From positions 76,260,001 through 76,324,000 of the forward strand of contig NC_045704.1 of assembly GCF_009834535.1 (NCBI RefSeq): a DNA stretch of 64,000 bases, in the 5' to 3' direction. Positions within the stretch are counted from its first letter, which is position 1; every line of letters begins with the position of its first letter. This DNA comes from Camelus ferus (lineage: Eukaryota). Positions 36,800-49,123 of the stretch are shown here, piece by piece. The translations under genes were made by a program, and so were the position numbers. The notes beneath the pieces are model-generated. The model saw only the letters and a list, made by a program, of their open reading frames with translations, did not search any database and was not told where the DNA came from.

Positions 36800-37010
36800 A
36801 AGGTTGGTAGTGTGGGCTATGAGGTCTGATTGGCTGGGTCTGAAGCCCAGTTTCTCCACTTGTAAGCTATGCGATCTTTTTTTTTTTAAGTAAGCTATGC
36901 GATCTTAACCTTACTGTGCCTCAGTTTCTTCACTGCGAAGTGGTTTAATAATAATATCTACCTCACACTGATGTTACAGGAGTTGAATGTATCACTGCAT
37001 ATTCCATCAG
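36800..37010 (+). mobile_element. MIR SINE containing a tiny TSD-flanked insertion
   Basis: ctgggtctgaagcccagtttctccacttgtaagctatgcgatctt...aaccttactgtgcctcagtttcttcactgcgaagtgg. Confidence 0.85.
36862..36906 (-). mobile_element. Poly(A)-only retroposition footprint: 17-bp TSD, T9AA, 17-bp TSD
   Basis: gtaagctatgcgatctt at 36862-36878 and again at 36890-36906, flanking tttttttttaa. Confidence 0.8.
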
Positions 37011-38384
37011 GGAGGTGCTCTTCAATCAGGAAAAACAGAAGCAAAGGAATGACTGTGGAAAGATTTCTAACACTACCTTAATTTCCCAATTATAGGCAGA
37101 GTACAACATTCTAAGTAAAACAAAGTCATAAGCAATGACACCTGGGTTCCTTTGCTTTCCAAGCCTTTCCTTCCTTTTATCAAGACCTCCTTCTTCTTGG
37201 TACAGCTGCCTACAGATGACACCAACTCACAGTCTCTAGCTGACATTCCATCCCTGACTTACTCCTGTCTCTGCGAGATGGGGAATTGTTCTCTGAAGGC
37301 AGAAATGTGCTTATATAAGTGCATATACACATTCCCATCCCCTTTGGCGATAAAGCCTTAAGGAAAAAGATGTATTTTTCAAGATGTGGCCATAAAACTA
37401 TGTGGTAGAACTTTATAATCTCAGGGCCAAGAGGGAAAAAAAATAGCACAAAAAGGGAAATTTCAGCCAATGTTACAGAACCACAGCGGTAAGAAGCTGT
37501 TTCCTGAACAACAGGCTCGCTAAGCCACATGACCTCTGCTGCCATGTGAAGAGTGAGAAATTCTCTAAATTAAATCAGTTGGAATGGTGAGCCGGAGAGG
37601 CGCCTGCTGACCGAGACCTCCGGCGGCACGGCCGGGGGCCAGGCTGGGAAATCAGGCGGAATTGAAGTTCCCCAGTGAGAGCAGTTAAGAGCCCGATGGG
37701 TAGGTGTTTATAGGTTTTGCCAAGTCTTGTCTTGCTGACAGACTGGCTCCTCAGTCGAGTTTCCTCTCCTGTCTTCTGCTTCTGCTCCTGTTCCATGGCC
37801 TTGCAAATGCCGTAATGTAATCGCAGCTTGTTTCCATTCTCCGAAACCTGTACCCGGAAGGTACCTCTAAGCTATATACATACGTTGGGATTAAAGACAA
37901 GACAGGCTCCCAGCCCCATCGTGCTCAGATGCACTTCCTTGGAAACACGGCGTTTCAGCTGAGCAGCCCTGGGCTTCAAGTGTACCTGGGGGGAAGGATA
38001 AGTGACTCTTCCCTGACCTTATTTGCTCCTGGCTGAGCTGGAGCTGAGATGCTGTTCACAAGTGGTGCTCAGAGGCACTGTCCCCCACTCACTCAGCGAG
38101 GAGTGTTCGGGGCACAGATGCAACGGGGGAGTGGAGCAAGGCAACGCCCTCCATCCTTGTCCATCCCCACCCCCAGGTGCCTGTTTTAGTCTCCATTTCA
38201 TTAGAATGCTGCCTTGGGATGGATCACACCCCAAATCAAATTCCAAGAAAGGACAGAGGGTCCATGAGAGGAAAATGGCTTTGGAGTCAGTGCCACAGCC
38301 TAGGAGGCAGGGGAGGGGTTTGGAGTCCCAAAGCCCAGTCATCCTCCTGACTTGGGGATGCCTTGGGGAAATGGCTCTGGGCAT

Positions 38385-38690
38385 AGTCAGGGTTCCAACA
38401 GAAAACAGATGGCAGACTCAACAGGGGGCAGTTGAGGAGAATTTAATTAAGGGACCGTGTTCAAAGATGTGATCTGAGTTAAGGGAATGGTGAGTATCTG
38501 GATTTGGGGAAGCAGCTACCACCCCAAGGCAGCTTTGGGAGAGGTGTGGGCTTCCATAGAGGAACCAACCAGCAGGACGGGGTCCTGGGGGGAATTCCAA
38601 TTCTTCTCTGCCCTCGAGTCTCTGCCAGTGCTGCCCATTGGCCAAACTCAATAGGGATCAAGAGGGCAGAGGAGCCTACATGATGCATGA
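38385..38690 (-). mobile_element. MLT1-type LTR fragment
   Basis: gtcagggttccaacagaaaacagatggcagactcaa...gaatttaattaagggaccgtgttcaaagatgtg...caagagggcagaggagcc. Confidence 0.6.
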
Positions 38691-39159
38691 AGGATTACCC
38701 AAGGCAAAAAGAAAGGGGAGAAGAGTGGTGGGTGGGTCTGTAGGGACAAACGGGGCACACACAGCATCATTCTCGCTTCCCAGGGTGCAGGCAGTTGGAG
38801 CCATCTGAGAATCTTCACTGAAGTCAACGCAAGTGACTTGATTAGGCTTATCCCGGAGAGACCGTCACGGTCTGTTCTGTTGGGGTTGGCAGCCCCCCAA
38901 AAGGCTGACAAATTTATGGCTCCACCAATGGCAGCAACATGGTAGCCAGTGCAGAGGGGGCTGTGACAGCCGTGGCCGGCAGGGGTGGGTAGCCCTGCTG
39001 TGGTGGCTCCTGCAGGGTGTGTGAAAGCCAGCAGTTTCTGAGCCCAGCCCCAAAGGGCACTGCCAACATCCTGTTCCCCAAAAGGACCTCTTCAGAGCAA
39101 TGACCAGAACTGACATGTAAGCACCCTGGGAGACCTCAAACATCCTGGAGGCATGGGAA

Positions 39160-39380
39160 TAGGGCTCAGCAAACTTTTCCGTACAGAGCCCTGCAGCAAA
39201 TACTCTGGGCTTTGTGACCTCTACGCTCTCTGTTGTTGATGATTCAGTTCCGTGGTTCGTTGTGGCATGAAAACAGCTCCAGACGTGTAAACAAATGAAT
39301 GTGATCGTGTTCTAATAACACTTTACAAAAATAGGTGTCAGGCTGGATCCGATCTTCAAGTAGTAGCTTGCTGAATACTG
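39160..39380 (+). mobile_element. MER58A-like (hAT-Charlie)
   Basis: agggctcagcaaacttttccgtacagagcc...aaacagctccagacgtgtaaacaaatgaatgtg...tgttctaataacactttacaaaaatagg. Confidence 0.85.
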
Positions 39381-42300
39381 GCTTAGAACATGGAGATTTA
39401 GGGGGTTCGTATAATCCTGCCCTCATTTGTACCCACAAGATGGCAAGGCTGGGGTCGTATCTGTTTTATGTATTGACATTTCTGGTTTCTATTAGATTGT
39501 AAGCCACATGAAAACAGGAGCCACGTCTTATTGTTCTGGGCATCCTTAATACCCAGAATTACATGAATGAGTGAATGGCCACAGAAGACACTCTAATTTG
39601 CAGTGGTATTGCAGTTCTTGCCTTTTTCATATATTTAAAACAGTGAATGATCAGAAGATGTGTAGAGAAATAGAAACTCTGTGTGGGTCCTAAATTTCTC
39701 ATCAAATGGAGACAGTTTCACGCGCTGACTGGCGCTCCTTTACTCTAATGAAGGTAGAATAGGTTAGCGCAAACAAACAAATGTTGACAGTAGAAAAGTA
39801 AACAGGATCCTAATTAATGTGTTTGCTAATGAGACTCCCTGGATGGATGTTTAACCATCACACATGAATTAGGTGTTTCTTCCCAGCATATGCTCAACTT
39901 AGGGGGTTGGGCGTTCGGTGCTTTATTTATCACACGTGGCCTTCAAAAACTCCAGGGGAAAAAAAAAATCCTTGCAACTCTATTTTTCTGATCTTGCGTA
40001 AGTTCCCTTTCTGTTTTCCCTCCCTCCCAACCCCAGGGTATTCGTGGTGCACCTGCTATCATGAGTGCGCTCGTAAAAGATAACTTTGGAACTGCCTGTG
40101 AGACACAAGTCTTAGCACCCCGACCACTGTGCAGATCCAGGACTGTGTAAACCCATGTGCAGAGAGGCGAACAGAGCTGGAGAGAACAGAACAGTCTGTG
40201 TGGTACAAGGCTGGACCGCCACCGCCCGCAAAAGCACACACGCCTTCCACGTAGTCTGGTTCTTCTTTACGGTGAATGGAACACAGCCGACGAAGAAATG
40301 GAAGAGCGCTTTTGCTGTTTCCTTCAGTAAACAGTAGTTTGAATTGTTTGACCATAAAAAGTTGAAAGGAGGGAGTTCTTAGCTTTCCCACAACAGAAGC
40401 AAACTTTTGGGGATGATGAAGTTTAGGGGCCCAGAGATTCTAGTAAATGTGTTTCAGCATGAGTGGCTGGAAGTATCTATGATCAAACAGGGAAAGAGAT
40501 ACAACCTGTTTCTAGGTCACTGAATGCATTCGCTAAGTATTTATTGAGCATTCACCAAGTACCCAGCAGAGATGAATCCAAATCTGAACTGCTGCTACTC
40601 CACCCAGTCCTTTGTTGAGCCTACATGCAAACGGTTTTGCAAGCTTCGTGGAAGGTATGTATTTGATATTTGCTTGATAGTCATCATGGAATCAGAAACA
40701 AGGTCCCTGGACACTGACACTCTTCTGTCTATGTTTAGGCCACGTTTTGCCGTGCCTCACTTTGACATAGCGAGCCAAGAGAATGCCAAAAAAATCTGTA
40801 GTTTATCGACAGGCAAGTGATAGAATAGTGTTCATATTTTGGTGAAAATCAAACAAAATGTGCTTTGTTTATTTCAGTCTGAATAAAATGTGGATTTCAT
40901 CTTTTTATTTTTTAAAAGGGCAGTGTTCAATTCTTTATAAAACCTGTGGTCCAAGTATTCCTATTTTGATAAATTATAAAATGACCTTCTCTCGTCTCAC
41001 CTTTTCCTGCTGAGGCCTGGCACTGCTTAGATCTTGCCTTCTGCCCTTGCAACCCCTGGTGTGTGTCTATTACTCAGAGCATCAAGTGGAGGTCAACAAG
41101 TTACTGAAAAAGACCAGACAAGTGAAAGAAATCCTTACTGCTTCTCAATGAGTACTGGCCTGAAAGTACAGTGATTGGTTTTACATCGTGAGGGGGATAA
41201 GTTCTCGTACGTCAGCCCCTGTATGGGCAATACACACAGTAAGTGAGACAGATGAACAGCAATGTTAAATTATTTAAGTGCAAGTGTGCTTAAAACTCTA
41301 TGAGACAAAATAGGTACAATCCTCATTCTTCTGCTAAAACTAACTCTTATGAACAGTGTGATATAAACACAGAACATGAAAAATACTGGAATTTTCGATC
41401 AGATAATTAATGTAACTAGAGTTGATAGACGGTAGATAGTTATACATTGAAAGGCAAACTTAAATTGACTGCTTTCGTGCAGCTTCTGAACGTCGCATTT
41501 ACTTTGAAAAATAACTGTTTTGTTCTAAAGGAGCTGTATGCTTAAATAGGAGAAGACATTCAGCTGTGGTTCTTAACCCATCAATGAGTGGCATTATTGA
41601 CACCATAAGCCAGTGAATTAAAAGCTCTGTTAGTAAAAAAACTGGCATATTTTCAATTCAGACTGACACTATTCAAGATACAGGCGTAAGTGACATCTCT
41701 TCAGTACCACTGTACTAAAATGTATCACAGGACCTAAGAAAGTGCGATAGTTAGAGGAAGCATTAAGTCAAACACAGGGGAAAAAATACTTTCCAGTCTG
41801 CCACAGATGTTCTCAGCCAAAAAGTGTGTAGGAGGTTCAGCTGATGGAAAATTCACCATGAAAGGACTATTTGATGAGTTAGATTGTATCGTTTTTTTTT
41901 TTTTTTAATCAGCCATGTTTTCGTGTGGTGTGATTCTCTGTTTTGAATTTGCTAATAGGACGTGAGATATAAATGTGAGTCCTCATTCAGCTGTCATATC
42001 CCTGTGGGTCATCCTTAAAAGAACCAAGTGGGAGAAAAGGGATTTTTAGATACCATTTTAAATTGTCTTTGGGGAAATGAGGCAGTGGGCTAAAGGCATG
42101 GGTTTGACAAAAGTATCTGAGAACTAGAGAGCTCAAAATCTGACCCTGTGATTGCGTGAGGGCGTTCTAGTTTGAGTGTGTGGCAGTAATAGAAATACTG
42201 AATAATGTAGTCAATAGCACAGAAGTGGTTTGGTTTGGATAGCAGGTTAGGGCACTAAAATAGAGACCAGAACTTAAGTGATCAGTCAAGGGGCAAAGAT

Positions 42301-42590
42301 GGCAGAAGCAAACTCAGCACGTGGACTGTGACTCCTATTGGCCAAAGAAAATTCCAAGCCCTGAATTAGGAGCATCAGCAACTGAAAGGATGTTGGTTGG
42401 GTATCACCTCCAGCCCTCTTACCCTAGCTCCATTATTTTGCAGATAAAGAGACCAAGGTCCAAAGAGGCAAAGTGATTCCTCTGGTCATATTTTTTATTC
42501 ATTCATTCATTCATTCAGTCACTCAAGAAGTATTTGATGAACACCTCTGATGAGCCGGGCGCCATGCTAAGCAGTAGGCAGGAGTAGATC

Positions 42591-43207
42591 TGTCACTGAG
42601 TCAAACTTGCATCCCCTTGCCCGTGTGCACCGACACGGGGCTGTGGTGGAGGGAAGTGACACATGCACTGCAGGGCACCAAGCAAGGAGTTCAGGTAGCC
42701 CGCGCTCAAGATGCTTGAACTCCTCGATGGCTTCAAGGGAAAAAATTTTTAAAGACAGGGTGAGGGAGGGGGCTTGTGAGGTACACGATCAGCTCATGGA
42801 CATTCTTCTGATTGGCTGGTGGTGAGGTATTCCACAGTCAACATTATCAACTTTCTGTTTCCAGCTGGTTTGGGATCTGCTATATGCTTGTGGGCAGCAT
42901 GCAATTAACTTCTTCCACCTGGTGGGGGTTTGAGTCTTTGCAAAACAGCAGAAAGGACACGGCTCAGAGTATTACCTACAGCCACTGAAGAGGAACTAAA
43001 GGTCCCTGACTTTGTTTAATGACTAAATTATTATTTTGTCTTGCTTGACCATTGCTTTTCTGTCGCATTTTCTCATTTCTCTGATTAAACGTATTCTTTG
43101 GAACTTGGGGAAGGCCTAGGAGGCTAAAGTTTTCTACAGACAAAAGGCAGGTGGAGGACATGGGGGATCTGTCCCAGGAAGGCCCCATAGGGTCCTGCTC
43201 CATTACA
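42591..43207 (-). mobile_element. ERV1-class solo LTR (617 bp) with 4-bp TSD GATC
   Basis: TG...CA termini (tgtcactgag...ccattaca); gatc at 42587-42590 and 43208-43211. Body resembles artiodactyl ERV1 LTRs (caagcaaggagttcagg, tttttaaagacagggtgagggag, aggccccatagggtcctgctc). CCAAT box on the - strand at 42811-42815. Confidence 0.85.
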
Positions 43208-43211
43208 GATC

Positions 43212-43700
43212 CAGCTTTGTGGATCCTGAAGCTTATACAGTTTTAAGAAAAGAATGTGAAATTAAGTCAAAAAGGGAGTTCATAAATAGGACAGTAGAAA
43301 AAACACAATTGAAAAAAATGTTAAAACCAACAGTCACCATAAGCATCACAAAATCCAGAAAAATAACATATCTTTATTAATTGACTACCTACCACATCTT
43401 TATATTTTCTTTTCCTGACAATTTTTGGCTGGATATTCCTTGATCACCTTTCCAAGGACAACAATTTTATATTTTCTGTGGACAGAAAGGAGAGATAATT
43501 TAGTCTTTCCTTCAGCATCACTGATCAAAATTAGTTTCCAATAATTGGCAAATTTGAAATGATTTTTTTCAGCTTCACAACTCGTGGTTGGTTATGTAAT
43601 ATAAAATTTCAGAATTGCTATCAAATTTGGGAAAACATTTATCAGGGAGAGAATGCTCATTTGATTTGTTTCCAGCAATGAGAACCGAACCTTCTATGAT
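43212..43700. mobile_element. Probable hAT-Tip100-type DNA transposon relic (target of the LTR)
   Basis: gatccagctttgtggatcctgaagcttatacagttttaagaaaagaat...catcacaaaatccagaaaaataacata resembles recalled Tip100-family ends; family name not certain. Confidence 0.4.
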
Positions 43701-45169
43701 TTTATACAGCTGGTGACTGGAAAAATATTTCATAGACTAACTTCTGGCACCATCTAGTTCAAACCTTGTTTCTCTTCTGCTGCTCCCATGCCTCCTCTTG
43801 CTTGACGCCGTAGGAACACACTTATTTCAAAGCACAACCTCTGGTCCTTCATCGTTATATCCCAACCCCAGATGAGTGAGCTCCGGAAGGAGTAGGGTTC
43901 TGTCTGGAAGCCTTTCTTAGACTGGATCAGCAAGCAATAGCTTAGTGATACAAAAAAGCGAGTGTGAACCACATAAACATACCTCATTAAACTAAAATTG
44001 AATATATATGTAACCCAGCTCTCCTTTAGCTGGATTCAAAAATCACTGCTGGCCATATGAACACATCTGAACAGGAAGGAGAGTGTGACAGAGGGAAAGT
44101 CAGTGGGGAAGGACCTGTAAATTTAACTGATTGTGGCTAAAATGTTTCACTTATGTAAAGTTTACCAAAAACAAATGGCCATGTGAACTTTTGTTAAAGA
44201 TCCTGCAAGTAGAGGGACAGTCCCAATGCAAGTTGGGAGTCTGAAGCCTTAAGCACGTTAGCTTTACAGTAACGCACCTCAGGTGGTAGGGATTCAGTAA
44301 TGAACATCAAGAAGTCATCTGAATACCATCCAGTGGCTTTCAGTCTAACCCTGTAAATCAGCAGTTACCACGCAATCTATTATTTGCTGGCATGGAGAGC
44401 AAGGATATGGACTACTTGTGAAAACACTGGAAGACCTGTCTCTCCTCAGACCTGTCAGGGAGCAAGGGGAACCAGTTACAACTGAGAGTAGAACCCAGCC
44501 CCAGCACTCTGGCCAGCGCCTGGAACCAGGTAAAAGATATCTTCCAAAGACCACATGCTATTCTAAGCAGCATTTTAGTTTATGATCCATGCAATGGCCA
44601 CTAAGGGAGCTAATTTGTAAAGGAGTCTTGTTAGATTTTCAAGAAGTAATAAACTAGAAAGAGCAGCCCCCAAACTATTTATCATCTGCCATGCAAATTT
44701 TCCAAGTATTGCAAGTGAAGAACAGCATCTTGTCCCTAAGACAAGTTCTGTAGCCCCTGTCCCCCACCTATAACCCACCTGTAGCCACCATGGACTGACC
44801 ACGCACCATCCCAGGCTCGGAGCTAAGGGCTTCTTTACATGGTGTGTTGCATTTCGTCCACATGACAACCTTCTTGTTTGGGATTCTTAGTCTCTATCCA
44901 AATATGGAAACTGATGCTTAAGGGGTTTAAATGTTTTACCCGGGGTGTAAAGATACTAAGTAGTGAAGTGGGATTTGCAATAAAGACTTTCTGACTCCAA
45001 AGCCTGTTTTGGACTTAACCATGTGTCGGGCATGGTTACTACCACATGAGATAAATAGGTGGAGATAACACAGTTGCTGTCCTCACGGAGGAAAGACTGC
45101 CAAGGAACAGCAGGAAATCCCCAGGCATGTCGTGCTCATGGGGATAAGGGCTGTGAGAAGCTCTATCCA

Positions 45170-45990
45170 TCCCTGGCCATCACTGCCCCCACACTCATTC
45201 TGCTCTGTCCCTCTAGACTCCTTACTTGTTCCTTAAACATACAAATATTCATATCTCAGGGCTTTTGCTTTCGATGCTTTCTTTGCCTTACAACAGTTTC
45301 CTCCTAGTTTCCACATAATTTATTCCTTATCTCGCTGAGGCCTCTGCTCAGATATCATCTTTTTTTTTTTTTACTTGAAGTACAGTCAGTTACAATGTGT
45401 CAATTTCTGGTGCACAGCACAATGTCCCAGTCATGCATATGCATACATATATTCCTTTACAGATTCTTTTTCATTAAACATTATTATAAGATATTGAATA
45501 TAGTTCCCTGTGCTATACAGAAGAAATTTGGTTTTTTTAATCTATTTTTATACATAGTGGCTAACATTTGCAAATATCAAACTCCCAAATTTATCCCTTC
45601 CCATCCCCTTTCCCCCGGTAACCATAAGATTGTTTACTATGCCTGCGAGTCTGTTTCTGTTTTGTAGATGAGTTCATTAGTGTCCTCTTTTTTCTTATTT
45701 TTAGATTCCACATATGAATTCAGATATCATCTCCTTAAAGAGACTTTGACCAAGCTGCCGGCCTTTTTACTATATTCTTCCTCTGTTTTATTTTTCTTCA
45801 TATCACTTAGCACTGCCTACACATGAGTTTACATACATTTACTCATTTACCTACATTGACTCCCCCACTAGCATTTAGACTACATGAGATCAGGGCTTTG
45901 TTTCATTTTCTGTTCTGTCTCCAGTGCTTGGAACAGTGTCCCATGCAATGCAGGTGACCAGTGAATATTTGTGAATGAATAGATGTGTCT
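45170..45990 (+). mobile_element. L2 3' portion interrupted by a younger L1
   Basis: ctcagggcttttgctt...ctctgctcagatatcatct|ccttaaagagac...tagactacatgagatcagggctttgt...cagtgaatatttgtgaatgaat. Confidence 0.8.
45361..45719 (-). mobile_element. 5'-truncated L1 3' end with poly(A) and perfect 13-bp TSD
   Basis: T-run then acttgaagtacagtcagttacaatgtgtcaatttctgg...ttgaatatagttccctgtgctatacag...tagattccacatatga; tcagatatcatct at 45348-45360 and 45720-45732. Confidence 0.92.
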
Positions 45991-47639
45991 CCTGATGTCA
46001 TAAATGGTCAATGAGACAAGCTGTCCCTGAAAAGCAAAAGCAAAAGAAAGATACAAGTCCCCACAGACCTGTCGTCCCACTAAAGATCTGGATCTATATC
46101 TGAGTTGTTAAGGTTCCCAGAGAAGACTTTTGCTCCTACAGTACAACATTCTTTTTCTTGGTCAGGTGGACTTTCCCTGTGAGAGGGCCAGCTTTAAGAC
46201 CCAGATTGGGGTTCTGGGCAACACGTTCAGTCCTCACATGGACTTTGAGATCTTTGCCATGCGTCACACATATCTCTTCTTGACACCAAGTCTGACTCTT
46301 TAAGATAGCCTTGCCGTGTTTCTCTGGGATGCCGTGTGTGACATTTAGTACAACTTTATCTACGTTTTATAAGGTGATTAGACAAGTGCTATGTAAAAAC
46401 GGCTAAAGTCAGTCATAGATGACCAGCACAAGGGGGACCAAGGATGCACTTGGCTAAAAAGCTGGCTTTGAAACTGTTGTTCCCTGGGCCGTATAATGAC
46501 ATCCTCCTAGTAACATCTCTTTTAATGAGGAGGATGCGTTCCAATGAAACACTTCAATGCAACAATTCATCACAGGAGTAATGACCTAGAAAGTCGCAGG
46601 GTGTGCTCCAGCTTTGGTGACTAGTAAGTTGCTTGCATCTCCCTAAGTTGTCTAAGAACAGAGTGGGTTTAGAGAGGCCAGTGTGTGCAGAAGCATCACT
46701 GCAGCTCCACTGTCCAGGTTAAGCCCAGCCTCGTCCCCTGCAGCCATGACTGCCAAGAATTTGTGTTAGAAAAAAAAAATACCTTTACTTTTTAAAACAA
46801 TGATGTACTTCATAGATACTGGGTGCTTCTGAAATCTTTATTGGTACAATCTCCTATCTTGCCATCTGGCCCAATCCTGGACACATAGTTTGGTGGGAAA
46901 ATGCATTTACATTCCGAAGGCATAGATATTGACCTAAAGGCTTAATATGGGGGAAGGACTGCCATCATCGCACAGCAGTATGGGAGCCCACGCATGCCCT
47001 GCAGTGGTCGGGTACCGCCTGTACGTGCTCACAGGTAGGGCTGGGGAGATGAGGGTCCCAGTGCTCTCTGGGCGGCACCACATTCAGTCATAAGGATGGA
47101 AACAGCAGGGAATGCCTTGCCAGCGCTCACTCTATTCTTACGACTGGGCGAGGACTTACCTTCGTCATGAGATAAATTCCCTGTATCTTCAGATGCTGCC
47201 TTGCCCATCATCACCTCAAACATAGACATCAGCTGGAAATGAATAGTCAGCAAACCCTTTGAAGTCTGAGACCAGAAATTCTCTTGCCCACTCCAGTCCC
47301 TGGTCAAAGACTCTCTGCATTTAAAGGGCTATACACAACTCTTCTTTACTGAGCCCTCTACTGTGAGCCCTCAGTGTGACTGAGGTATAGGAGGCAAAGG
47401 ACTGTACTCGGTGAGGTCAAACCAGTAGTCAGGGGCCGTATCAAGAAAAAACGTCTAGAAGGATGTGGCCACAAAACGTGTTACTGACAAGCTGGGACTC
47501 AAATCCAGGCCAGTCTGATCCCACCGCCCAAATTTTTAACAATGATGTTGCATCACTAATTGCAGTTATTGCCATTATCAGTCAGTAGCCTAGAGAAATT
47601 TCAAAGTTTTATTTATATTTTATTCTTATTTTTGTTTCC

Positions 47640-48480
47640 AGTCGAGTTTGCCATTTCTTCACATTCTTTCACTGACAAATGTCTTTAAAAAGCTGTCCAT
47701 GCCCATTGCCTCCGGAATCTCACCGCCTCTCACTCTCTGCCCCTTAAAGATCTATTCTCTGCTCTCAATCGTCTTCCGTGAAACTCCTTCCTTGAAAAGT
47801 TCCAGTGTGGTTATTGAACTTCAGCTCTACTGGGATTTTTTTTCATCCTCATATTTCTCAGTGTCTCTACCGTGTTTTATACATTTTTGTTTCAGAGAGT
47901 CCCTTCTCCTTTAGCTTCTTTGACACAGCCACACGCCCTCCTTTGCGCCTTTATTGTCCACTCTTCCTTTCCTGTCCTTAAATGTGTGACTGTGCTTCCG
48001 TCCCCAGCCCTCTTCTCCAGGTCATCATCTTCTTCAGCCACCATAGGTGGACATAGGTGATTCCTAAGCTCTGAACGCTGTCCTGAATTCTTCAATTGTA
48101 ATCAGCTCCTGGACCAAATTCTTCTTTCCTCCCCAACTCATTTCTTCTACTTCATGTCTTATTTCTACTGAAGGCAACTTAATTCCTCTAGTCCCTCAGG
48201 CTGGAAAACCTAGTCATCGTAGACTCTCTGCTCACCTCTCACCGTGAATTTTCGCTTTTGTTCTGTAATTGCTTTTTGCATTGTGATATTACCCTGAGGA
48301 GACGGAAATTTCCTTGAAAGTAAGTAGCATATCTTATACATAGGGCCACCCACTGAGTAGGTGCTCAGTAAAAATTGGTTCAATAACAACATTGAGTCCA
48401 CATAAAGTCCAGCTTTTTTGGCTTAACCATTACCTGACTCCTACCACCCTTCCAGAGTTATCTCCACTGTGTGCCTTCAG
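47640..48480 (+). mobile_element. L2 LINE body (degenerate)
   Basis: Pyrimidine-rich tract with L2 motifs (cagctcctggaccaaattcttctttcctcccc, ctcaggctggaaaacctagtcatcgtagactc). Confidence 0.55.
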
Positions 48481-48981
48481 GAACCTTATGGTATCACACA
48501 GTTGTGTTACTTAATATTTCCACTTGCCCCACATCTTCCCATCCCTGTGTCTTTGTTCACACCGCTGCCTTATCCTGGAAGCTTTACTAACCACATTTTT
48601 GTATTTTATAAGTCCTACAGATATTTTTATATCGGTTCTAAAAATAATATTCTCTTTCCAGCTTGAAATAATCTCTCCCGCCTGAATGCCCGTCACACTT
48701 TACGCACAGCCTGTAATTCCACTTTATCATACCAAGTGCCATACCATGTTTGTAGGATGAATGTTGAATGTTTTACATAGTATCAAATCCTTTCCGTTTC
48801 CTCCCCAACTCAGAAACAAGAAGTGGGCATCAAAAATCTATAAAATATTCAATACCCTATTCAGTCCCTCTTAACAAGCTGCTGGAACAATGACCCTAGA
48901 GTGCAGAAATATCCGTGAAACTTTAAATGAATTATCAACAATCAACATTTTGCCAAAGAAAACCAATAGGTATGTCTTATT

Positions 48982-49123
48982 NNNNNNNNNNNNNNNNNNN
49001 NNNNNNNNNNNNNNNNNNNNNNNNNNNNNNNNNNNNNNNNNNNNNNNNNNNNNNNNNNNNNNNNNNNNNNNNNNNNNNNNNNNNNNNNNNNNNNNNNNNN
49101 NNNNNNNNNNNNNNNNNNNNNNN
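48982..49123. other. Sequence gap (142 N)
   Basis: Run of N. Confidence 0.99.

Noticed and set aside
40059-40391. 110-aa - strand ORF and CpG-containing segment considered as an exon of a downstream gene such as VAV3
   Set aside because: No resemblance to VAV3 or any protein I recognise, and no clear splice signals.
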